Shown here piece after piece: positions 36,301 to 48,190 of a stretch of DNA of 64,000 nt. The translations under genes were made by a program, and so were the position numbers. The stretch spans positions 496,001-560,000 of the forward strand of contig OZ287703.1 in the NCBI GenBank assembly GCA_965649825.1, written 5' to 3'. Within the stretch, counting starts at the first letter, position 1; each line of letters begins with the position of its first letter. The DNA comes from Penicillus capitatus (lineage: Eukaryota > Plantae > Chlorophyta). The notes beneath the pieces are model-generated. The model ran no database searches. It was not told where the DNA came from and worked only from the letters and a program-made list of their open reading frames with translations.

Positions 36301-39300
36301 ACCTGTTGGCAGTGAAATTCCAGTAAACTTGAGGATGAGATGTCCTGACAACTCAGATGTCCTCAGGATTCAGGCAACCGTGTCTGTAAAGGGATGCCAA
36401 CAAAGACAGCTGACGATCAGTGGAAGGTGGATAGATCCCATTCCCACTTTCACCAAGAAGAATGTTGAATTCAAGACTCTGACAGAGCAGCTTGTGCATA
36501 TGGTAAAGAAGGATGAGAGATCGCTGGAGCTCACTGCTCGAAACAAGCTCATCAACAAGGATGACATTCCCGTTACTGTCTATCCACCAAAAAGTGATGA
36601 CTTCACCTTTAATCAGCCCCACTACAGCTTTGAACGAAAGGGAGAGATCGATGTTGAAATGAAGTGGACAGTGAGACGGCTCAAGAAGCAAAAGCACACT
36701 GTGACCTTCCTCACAGACACAAAAAAGAAACTGTCTTTCAAAGTGCATCTTTCATTGACAGTCGGGAAGCTCGAGATCACTCCAACGAGATGGGTGCGAC
36801 TAAATTCAGTAAAACCCGGAGAAACCATGCGAAGAGATATAAGGATCAATACTGATCATCATCAGTTTTCCATTCTCAACAAAGCCCCCCAATCCGAGCT
36901 GATCGAGACCCTTTCACTGGCGGAACTTCATAATGGATGCCCGAAGAAAGATCAGAAGCCCTGGCTGCTTGGATCAGATGACATGTCCACAGTCTTTCGC
37001 TCGTCGAAGCAGTTTGAAATCTGTGTGAAAGCAAAAGAAGGGACAGGCTGGATAGTGGAAGACTTGGCCTTCCAGACAGAACAGGCCGTTTTCGTTCACG
37101 AAGACCCGGAGAGATGTCAGTTGATGCAGCAGAAGTTAACGATCATGGCTCCTGTGTCGGCCACATCAAATGCATTAGCCAATCTGATGCAATCACTCAA
37201 GAAATCTGGTGGGTACGTGCTAGTAGGCAAGTATACAGCCTTCTGCCTTCCAAATCTAGAGATTCTGAGCGAAATGAGCTCTTCTCCGTCCACAGCACAG
37301 TCCTTTCTTCTGATGATACTGTGCGAAGTCGAAATCCTCCAGAAGGAGTGGAAGTTGACAACAGAACTAGCACGTCGTATTCTCGGCAGCGATCCCGACG
37401 ATGCAGTCTCGCTCTGCGCTCGTCACTTGAAGCACTTGGAACAATCACCAAGAGGGAAGGCTGGCCCATCCTCTGATCTTGCAGACTACTTTGGGAATCT
37501 CAAAGATCACTTCGAGAAGAGAGGTCACGACGACATGTCCGACATATGCATTCCTGTGGCTGCTGTCTCGAATGTTCCGGTCAATATCCAAGCTGTGGCT
37601 CAGGCGATGTACATGCTGTTGCATGCAGACTGCACAGAGGAGCAACAGTGGAAAGCCGCTGTCGCTGTGATGAAGACAACCATTCCTGATGCCTTTAGTG
37701 CCACTCAGTTTGACAACACGTGCGAGGCCATTGCGGAGTTGCTTGATAATCAAGAATCGACGCTTTGCGACATATTGACTCTGTTGAAGAGTTTGATGCT
37801 CTCTGATGATGAGGAAATCGCTTCTTTTGGATTCACCACAAGCATTATCGAGAGTATCCTAAAAACCGATGCTGGCTCAAGTGTTGACACAGTCATTGCA
37901 GATTTGCTTCCAGAAGATCGCCAGCACAGAGAATTCATAATGCAATCCTTATTGCTGAACAAAGATAACAGAAAGGACACGTTGCTGTCTCTTGTCGGCA
38001 ACCGTATGAGGGACTCAGTGAAGCAATTGTGCTTTGGTGATCCCGAGGCTATCGTCACAGGATTCTGTCGTCTTGTGAAGGAAGACGAGAACCAGATCAA
38101 TTGCAACATGATGCGAGATCTAGTCAGAGGGTTGTCTGAAACGGGTAACCAAGAAAAGAGACCACTGACTAGACATCATGGCGATTCTCCCAGCGAAAAA
38201 GCAAAGAAGAAGATTGAGCCAATACTTCAGGGTGCTCAACTGGAATCTGTGTGCGATCCAATCTGTGCTCTTCATAGATGCGAGAGTGGAACAGAAAGGA
38301 ATCACAACGTCCGGAGGGTTGTCGTGGAAACGCTCTTTGGTGTCTTCCCTCGTCTTCCTGCTGGTCGCCACGAACTTCTGAGGAAGATCAAGTCGGCTGC
38401 CTTGAGGATATCTGATGGATTCTATCCGCCAAGCTCTCGGAAGAAGGCGGCGGACGTAATAGAAAAAGAACTTGAGTTTGTGGAAGTGAAGCATCGCTCG
38501 AAGCTGAGAGACTTGATGATGCAGTGGATCCAGCTGAAGCCACGCGACGTTGGCATTGATCTTATGCTGAAACCGTTGATAGAGACGCTGCGAGAACTAA
38601 TACCAGTGGATGAGGGCACGAGCTCTGAGCCATCTCGTGTTGATCTTCAGAGCATCGAAGAATCGCTGATCGAGGCATTGACCAGACTGGATCCTGTGGC
38701 CATTTCTCACACAACACATCCTCACGATCTGCTTTCGAAAGTCGTCAGCTTTATTGCCGTGTTGAATAAGAATTTCCCAGAGAAGGTAGTCGAGCTCGCA
38801 GATAAGCTCTCTTCTCTGCAGATGGGTCCAACAAAGGAAACAGCAATACGCGCTTGCGGACCAATCTCTGAAGAACTATCGACAGACGCATTTAAAACAG
38901 TACTGGATCTTTTGGAAGAAGATCTTGATGATGAAAATCTTGAGAAAACGATCCTACATCTCATTCTGCCGCAGCAAATTACTGAGGCTTTTGACACTCT
39001 CGTCGAATCTTGGTCTGATGTTGATTCAGACGTGAATGGAGAAGAATTGCTAAAGAAGATCGAAGAAATCAGCGAACCGGCTGTGATGTCCGCCTTTATG
39101 CTTGTTGGCGACGTGCTGAAAGCAAAGAACTCGGTCACACACATGGACGAATCACAGATGGAGTCCATCGAAGGCCTTCTTAAAATCAAGAAGCTCTTCG
39201 ATTCGCTTTCCGCTCTGGGTTGTTGGGAGAAGAGAGAGAAGAGTCAAGCAGCTTGGAACATTCTCCTGTCTGCAAGTGCCATTGGACACAAAGCCGAACT

Positions 39301-42300
39301 GACATTTGAAGGCCACTGTCTGGTCAAGATGTCATTGCTGCTGTCCCTGGCCCAGTTCTACGGAAAAGAACATTGGAAGGAACGAGAATCACCATCCTGT
39401 GAAGATGACAGATGTCTGAAGCTTGAAATCGCTGATGTGCCAGAGGAGTCGCCTTCCGAAGACAGTGGTGATGAAGAAGCAGAATGTGAGGAAATCGCAT
39501 CAAGAGACGAGGAGAAGATACCTGCAGACGAAAACGAAGCAACTGCCGTTTCAGAAGATGGCGAGTGGCACTGGCTGTTGGAAAATTTCGAAGTACCGGA
39601 GGATCAGCTTGCATCCCTAAGAAACGAAAACTCAGGAGAGACGGAGATGTCAGCTACCGAAAGTGGATCGACTGTTCAAGAAGATGACGTCAGTGTTGAG
39701 AGCAGCATTGGATACATGGAGAAGCTCGCCAAAGTCGAAGGCATTCTCGAAGCAGTGATGAAGAGCGTAGATAATACATCAGCGTCACCCAGTGAAGACT
39801 CGTCACTCAGAGCTCTCACATTCGATCACATCGTGGATAGCATCGCAAAAGTGCAAGCAGCTGCAGACTCTTGGAATGAGGTATTCGAAGAGGCAGTTCG
39901 TCATTCCCATATTCCAAAGAAAAAAGAAGACAAGAATGCTGATAGCCGAGTCGTATGCGCAGGGCTGTCCCTCATCTCTCAAATTCAGTTCTTCAAACGA
40001 TACTTGGAGCGCTGCACTCTCTTTGAGATTCCGGGATTTGTGAAGGATGCGCTTGACGGCATTGTGCAACATCTGAATGCCATCCCCAAGAGCAACTCGC
40101 TAGCAGAGTTTGACAAGATCCTCAAAGAGTTTGGCGCGATGAGTGTCGCGAAAGGACGCACAACAGAAGACTTCCCATTGCCATCACGGCAAGGGATTCC
40201 TTTTCAAACTGAAAAGAGTAGTCCCTGCGGAGACGAAAACCAACGAGCACGCGGCCATTCCTCTTCTTGTGCTGAAACAACAAGTAATGCGGAGGATGCC
40301 ATGGTAGTCGATACCACACACAGAGGCTTTCTCCAGGAACTGAAAAACATAGTTTCGAGTTGCAGTTTTCAGTCTATGTCGGCAGTGAGACTGCAAAGTG
40401 TGGAAGGCCAAAAGATTGTTCTGCAGGCGGGTAAGGAATTGCAGTCTGGGAGATTTCAAGAAAGGGAAACAAAAGTGCAATCGTCCGTGATGGAAGACAG
40501 GAAGATTAAAGAATGCAGCAAGATCAAGCTTCCTTCTGTGATTAAGGGAAGCACACATCGATGTGAGCAAGCTAGACAATTCAGTCAGAATAAGGGCAGT
40601 GCAGCTAAAAAAGATCAGGGATTTGATTTCTTCGCAGATACTGCAGAGGATGGGAGAATGGAAACATTTCAAGCATATTTCGATATTGATGAAAAAGCAA
40701 TGCCTCATAGTGTCAGAGATGCTGATCTGGCAGAAATCTACAAAGACACTACTATTACAAGGGCTGATGTTGAGAGGATAGAACCAAACGATCCAGTCTC
40801 GGTTGACAGTCCCCATCCCCCACCTGACAGATGGACTTACCGTTTGCTTATTAAAAGCAAACCATTTGTGCGTTTTCTGGTGGAAGTCCTTCACATGTGG
40901 GAAGCTCACTTTGAGAGATTCTATAGATCGACAGCCGAGAAACACAAAATTGAGTGGTGCATTCTTGTTGACAATTCAGGATCGATGATCACCAAAGATA
41001 TCGAGATGACAGAGGCTCTTGTTCTTGTGATGGAGACACTGAGGCGACTAGAGCAGCCGTTTGCCGTTGCTCGGTTTGGAGACCGGAAGTCTCAACAGAT
41101 GCTGAAGATGATGAACGAACCCTTCACGCAGCTTATTGGGCAGAAGATTCTTGAATCTTTCTCTTTCGACGAAGGCACTTATCCTGCTTCAGCTGTGAGG
41201 CATGTGGCTGAGAAGGTTTGGCCAAACTGCTTGTCCGAGAGCGACAGACTGCAGTGTCACCGAGTGATGCTTTTGATCATGGATGGACTGACACAAGAAA
41301 GATCTCCAGAAGACTACACATCCATCTGCGACGAGAGAGAATTCGAACTTGTTGTCTTGAACTTGAAAGACGAAGCGCAGAAGGAGATTATGAGCCAGAT
41401 TGAAGGGTTGTGGAGTAATGCTGCCTCTTTTTATGAAGTGCTGGACGTGCAATCAGTTGACCTTTTGCCGCAGTTGTTGGCTGGACTCATGATTCAGTAC
41501 ATGAAAAACACACTCTCAAATATAGAGAAGAACAGATATCAGCTACGCGGTATTGAACAGCCAGGTGTCCAGGCTTGTTGTTTCGAAGACGTGAAGCTCA
41601 GCGTGGATGAATCTGTGCTGTCATCAGATCTCAAGAAGCAATGTCTTCCTAGACTGCCTGGAGACTTCAGCAAGAAGAGCTTCTTCGACTGTGGATGCGA
41701 GACTGATGGAATCCCGTATGCAATTGAGATGCGAAATCTGTTGAGCACAGACCTGGACCTTGATGGTGTTGCACTGGATCATGTTGAGAGAGAGCTTCTC
41801 GAGTTGCATCAAAGTCTACAGGTCCTACCAGAAAACAAGGATCATTTAAAGGAAGCTGAGATTGCTTGGATGAAAGCCGAAGAGTGGTTGAGTGTGGAGA
41901 TTGCACATATGGCGGAAGCACTCGAAGGATTTCTCCCACAGAATCGCTTCACGAGGAAGAGGGCCGACATTCAGGGTCCATCCATCCATCTTCCAGGATT
42001 CATCAAGCACATTGCGACTCAAGGCAACGAGAAGAAGATCTTCGCGAACAAGAAGGGAGGAGGGAAATCTGAGTACTCTGTGGCTGTCCTCCTGGACATC
42101 TCTGCGTCGATGGCGCAGGGTAGAAAGCGTCCATGTGCACTGCAAACAGTTGTGATGCTGATCAGTGCTTTGAAGCAGATGAACATCGAAGACTTCTCAG
42201 TCATTCTGTTCGGTGGCGGCATCTATCCGATCAAACTGCCAGACGATGTCTGGGAAGCATCTTCTATGGCCTTGCTCTTCTCTGCAGTCTTGCATAGAAA

Positions 42301-44213
42301 CGAGCTCTCTACCATGGATGCAGACGCTCTGCTCTTCGCTGCGCAGCTGCTCGATCAGAGCAGTGTCAGAGGACCAAAGAAGATGTTTGTCGTGACAGAT
42401 GGATACGGGAGTTCGGGAGTTAGGTTGGCAGGCGTGCTCCACAAGATTGAAGAAGATCTGGGAGTCGACGTGTTGGCGATGGGCGTCGGTCCAGAGGAGT
42501 TCTTTGTCAAGAAATGCTATCCCAAGTGGATTACTGCCGCGTTGCCTCAGATGGTGCCGGATGCATTGGAAAGCATGTGCGACAGAATGGAGGGCGCAGC
42601 CAAACTGCAGCAGACGACCCAAGAGGACAACGCCGAGTCGCAGACGCTTGCTTATATAAAAGAAGGAGCGGCCGAAACTGTAGAAGAAGTTCTGAGAAAC
42701 AGGGAGATCTTGTTTCCTGATTTACTGAAGGATATGAAGACAGAACGAGAAGCCAGGCTTCGGCGAGGGAACAATGCTTCTACTTTCGAAGTGGACATCT
42801 GTTTTGTCATTGACTGCACGGGATCCATGAAGAGTTGGATAGATGCCGTGAAGCAGCAGATAGAGGTAAGAATGAAGAACTAATGTTCGATCTGAGATGT
42901 ATGTTCACTATAGTTCGTCGCTGAGCACATATCGCATAAGATTGAAGAGAAGCATCCCAAAATAGAACTGAAGCTCCGCTTTGCAACACTCGCGTATAAG
43001 GATTTTGGAGATGACGACAGTTTGATTCTTTATCCATTCACCGACAGCGTACAAGAGTTACAATACGCTCTTCAAGAATTAACGGCGGAAGGCGGTTCCG
43101 ACTTACCAGAGGATGTGCTGGGAGCTTTGAAGTATGCAGCTGACCTTGACGATTGGCAGAGCAACATTCGATTCTGTGTACTGATTGGCGATGCACCTGG
43201 ACACGGAAGAGATCTCAACGACCTCGATGACGACAGGTTTCTAAACAATTTGTCTTTGTACACAATGTGAGACATTTGTGATCAGGTACCCAGATGGAGA
43301 TCCAACTGGACTGACGGCAAGCAGTGTCATGGCGGATCTGAAAGCAAAGGAGATCCACTTACTCTTCTGCAGGATAACGCACAAAACAGACAAGATGGTC
43401 AACGAATTTGCGAGACACTACAATGACGGCGTGAAGTTTGAGTTGACATTGAAGGATGTGTTTGGAGACTGCACAGTATGCACCTCGGTATACTTGAGAC
43501 TGAATGTCTTAATTGTGTGCATTTCTGCCTGTGTAGGCTGATGTTCAGACAGGCTTTCACACCGTGTTGTGTCTGGACGAATCTGGGTCAATGGAAGGAC
43601 AACCTTGGCAAGATGTCTGCAACGCTTTTCAGCAATTCTTAGCGAAGAGAGTGCTCAATCAGGCGACATCTGATCTTGTCAGCGTCATTCAATTCGATCA
43701 CACGGCCAACATTGTGATGGAAGGAGTACCACTTCAATCAAATCTGGGACTTCTGGATTACCATGGCGGAGGAACACATTTCATTCCCCCGCTTATTACT
43801 GCATTAGAAATTCACCTGCGCAATCAGACTGCTCATACGCCCGTTCTCATTTTTATGTCAGATGGAGAGGCTGCGGATCCGCACGATGAAATCATATATG
43901 TAATGAGACAGCTCGTTCAATACTGCCCATCACTAGATGTACACACAGTAGGATTTGGACATGGTGCATCACACTCTCGATTACAAGTACGTAACATTTT
44001 TACATGGTGTCAGATTGTTGACCATTCGACTGTTGTCAGGAAATGGCAGCCGAGGTTGGGGGACAGTATCACCAGGCTATCACAGGAATCGATTTGTCAA
44101 ACGTCTTTTCGGACATTTCGGATAACTTGAATACAACAGATGCACTTACTTCTCAGTTTGGAAAAGTGATCGGCGACATGGTTTCCTCTGCCATCATTCT
44201 TGGACATCTCTGA
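18383..44213 (+). CDS. Giant (~8,539 aa) midasin/MoxR-like hexa-AAA+ ATPase with Ig-like (ASH/PapD) repeats and four C-terminal vWA domains
   Basis: Exon 1 is 18383-42865 (8,161 codons, no intron). It is followed by exons 42914-43236, 43286-43475, 43537-43986 and 44040-44213 via 48-61 bp GT-AG introns at the same positions as in the left paralog. Six Walker A sites and four DxSxS/DxTxS MIDAS motifs. Confidence 0.92.
20800..27800 (+). other. Tandem six-module AAA+ ring (dynein/midasin/MoxR clade) inside the giant CDS
   Basis: Walker A: GSTGVGKT (20852), GTAGSGKT (22157), GKPAVGKT (23108), GESAFKT (24059), GAPGIGKT (25700), GPTCSKKT (26744). Walker B: VLLDEMN, IVDNVG, FISDEFN, VVEDYD, ILLDEVN, VLFDNIN. 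Also F.W.DG motifs and sensor-1 ATQNP/ATMNP. Confidence 0.9.
35460..37150 (+). other. Array of about 4-5 beta-rich Ig-like (ASH/MSP/PapD-like) domains
   Basis: Repeated IDFG/MDFG..i.V.N.t..P pattern, e.g. SIDFGTHL..EVVNRT, EMDFGVLL..IFIRNVTDLP, LSVKNEGDVP, LINKDDIP. Pattern recognition only. Confidence 0.6.
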
Positions 44214-45003
44214 GATGTCACTATTCTTTTGAGGCATTTTCAGTGGGCCTACCTGGCAACTTCAATGTTCGAAACAATCTCTCTTTGTTCTCGGAATACG
44301 CTATTCTGGTCGAATACATAACTCCTTCTCTTAGCACTGCGGATTCTTCAACACATTCGTCCTAATACAATTCAATAAAGATGTTATGGTTCTCAAAGAA
44401 CTCTCCGCTATTCATCGTGTCTGTCATTTTTCGAATGACCATGTTCATTTGTTGCTGTGAGTGTTGCATTGGCAAGAATCTATTTATCAGTCACTTTCTC
44501 AAAAGATCTGAATCTGCTGTGGATAGATAATCTACCTGCCTGAAGAAAACAATCTGATCGACTAAGTCCTTTCTTAACAATGATCCAAATGTAATGAGGC
44601 AGCTGAGCCATTGCAACACAAACACGCGACAACACAACATCCATTCATATCAAGAACAGAGCCCTGTCTCTTTGAGTTCAAATTGCCATCTCATTCATGC
44701 ATCTGCTTCAGGGATGGAACCCCATCTCAGACATCAGAGATCAGCCACGCAAAGTCATGCGCCATCGCTGTTTACATCATTTTCTGTTCATGAGACGCAT
44801 TCTTCTCCTTCATCATCGCTCGAACTATTTTGTTGTTTGTTATTCTTTGTGTTGTGCCTCTTCGTGTATCCAGGTCACGAGAACTCATGTCTGGATCTCT
44901 GCTGCGCTCTTCGTCTTTCTTTTCTTCTTTCCCTTCGCCAACTGTGCGCTCGACTAGCCACAGGAGTGCTGTTCGAAGCCTAACGCGACGTCGCGTCGAA
45001 TGC
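38368..45003 (+). repeat. Right copy of the tandem segmental duplication (partner 1-6635)
   Basis: Direct colinear match to the window start, including introns and the NTRC promoter and start codon. Confidence 0.93.
40940..44213 (+). other. Four tandem vWA/MIDAS domains
   Basis: vWA1: WCILVDNSGSM..EGTY..IMDG. vWA2: preceded by the midasin/CobT-like NRFTRKRAD..KHIATQ..KKIF stretch, then VLLDISASM..VTDG. vWA3: VIDCTGSM..GGSDLPED..IGDAPGHG. vWA4: CLDESGSM..GGTHF..MSDG. Confidence 0.88.
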
Positions 45004-46896
45004 GTCTCCGTTAACGGAAAGGGCCCCGTCCACAACGAAGGCAACCTCTCCACCCTCTCACCAACAAAGAGATCTTCACTGTTGCTCTTCACGGAACAGA
45101 TGTCGAGAACGTTGTCATCGTCGGGTCGGGTCCAGCTGGATACACCGCAGCCATTTACTGTGCCCGCGCTTACCTGAAGCCCCTCGTTTTCGAAGGATAT
45201 CAAATTGGAGGTGTCCGTGGCGGACAGCTCATGACCACGACCGAAGTCGAAAATTTCCCTGGATTTCCTGAAGGAATTACGGGACCAGATCTCATGGACA
45301 GGATGCGATCACAGGTAAGCAAACATACGAGTGCCACACCAGCACTGTCTTCACACACAAACTGTTTCAGGCAGAACGATGGGGTGCCGAGCTCTATACA
45401 GAAGATGTTGAGTTTATAGATCTCTCTGAAAGACCTTTCACGATTCGAAGCACCGAACGAGAAGTGTGATCGTGGTGCCATTAGGGTTAGTATACTAGAG
45501 TGGGAGGTGATGTTGAAGGTGAGGTCGCATTCCTTGATCGTCGCAACGGGAGCAACGGCCAGACGACTCGGAATACCAAGCGAAGGGCAGTTCTGGAGCA
45601 ACGGGATTTCTGCATGCGCCATCTGCGATGGTCAATCATCTATTCTCAAAGAGTGAGATGGCAAAGTGTGACATCCAGGTGCCAGTCCTGCTTTTAAGAA
45701 TCAAGAGTTGGCAGTTGTTGGCGGAGGCGACTCCGCAGCCGAAGAGGCCATTTACTTGACCAAATATGCCAAACATGTGGCCTAGTGAGGTTCTGTACAG
45801 AAAGTGTGATAAGTGTGTCCTGTGTTAGGTGCATTTGTTGGTTCGCAGCGACAAGATGCGTGCAAGTCGGGCGATGCAGGATCGAGTGATATCTCATCCC
45901 AAAGTGACAGTACATTACAACACGACTGTCGTCGATGCCTATCCAGACAGACGCGGCATCATGGCTGGACTGAACCTGACCAACGGAATACCTGGTCCAC
46001 CATTCTGCATTACTTCCATTCTCTCTAGCCAGCACTGACCTATAGACGTTCTGAAGCAGTTGCCAGTCCGGGGACTCTTTTACGGAATTGGACACACGCC
46101 CAACAGTAGTCTGATCAGAGATCAGGTGGCGTTAGATGAAGATGGATATGTGGTTGTGGAAGGTATCGATCCTAGACGCTGTTTGCTATCTATCTCTATG
46201 AGGTGCTTACCTGTAGGTGCGAGCACAAGTGTCGATGGTGTGTTTGCAGCTGGAGATCTGCATGATAGGGAGTGGAGACAGGCCATCACGGCAGCCGGTT
46301 CGGGATGTATGGCGGCCCTGTCAGCAGAGCGATACCTGACAGCTTCCAATCTCTCTAGAGAATACAAGACAGAAGACAAAGTGCCTTACCTCACTTCTTG
46401 TCCATCGTTCATTGCAAAGTGTTCGCGTTTTAGATCACAGTTCAGAAAGAAGAGGAAGAGAAACGGGCAACGGCAGCCGAGGAGGTGGATTTTTCAAATA
46501 TGCGACACAAGGGACAGTATGCTCTGAGAAAGCTCTATCACGAAAGCAATCGTCTCCTCGTTGTCTTCTACAGCTCACCTCAGTGTGGGCCATGCCGGAC
46601 GCTGAAACCCATCTTCAATTCCGTTATCGATGAGTACTCGGAAAAGGTGCGCAATACACTGTGTCTATCTCACTCTTTCTCACACAAAACGGCTCGTGCA
46701 TTTCTAGGTACATCTCGTGGAGATCGACATTGAACAGGATCCAGAGATCGCCGAGGCAGCAGGTGTTACTGGCACACCAACAATTCAGTTCTTCAAATCC
46801 AAAGAACGCGTTCAGCATTTGCCGGGAGTGAAAATGAAAAAGGAATATAGGCAGCTGATTGATGCATCGCTCGACAAGGCAAACGTCTCTGTATAG
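44887..46896 (+). CDS. NTRC: Plastid NADPH-dependent thioredoxin reductase C (NTR plus thioredoxin domain)
   Basis: Ser/Arg-rich transit peptide; [18 protein letters not shown]; [16 protein letters not shown]; ISACAICDG; [12 protein letters not shown]; GVFAAGD; C-terminal Trx CGPC. Multiple ~50 bp introns. Confidence 0.95.
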
Positions 46897-47205
46897 AGGA
46901 AGGACATGGTGTCTGCAACTGTTTGATTTCTTATTTGGTATTGTTTTGCTCTTGGTCCACAAGAGCTTGGGATGACATTCTGTCTCAATACATGTGTCCG
47001 GGTACGTACCATTGTGTGGAGAGTCGGGTGTCTGGAGATAGGCGTGAGCGAATGCGTGAGATCACACGTGTCGACCAACCGCTAATCAGCTTCACAAACG
47101 TAGGTAGCATCATCAGGTTACACAGACTCGTGATTCAATGTACTCTTTTCCTCATCATTGAGGGAGACTCTTGACCTTGAGCGCGGTTGACAAACAGCTG
47201 AATGA

Positions 47206-48108
<903 letters not shown>

Positions 48109-48190
48109 GTTCTCTCCTCGACAGACAAACAGTCGCGGTGTGGCGCGATGGGTCAAAACGACGTTGATGCGCAAATCATGATCGCCATCG

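Noticed and set aside
18383-44213. Naming the giant gene MDN1/midasin
   Set aside because: It is much longer than midasin, has four vWA domains plus an Ig array, and is duplicated and diverging. Orthology cannot be shown without a phylogeny, so no gene symbol is given.
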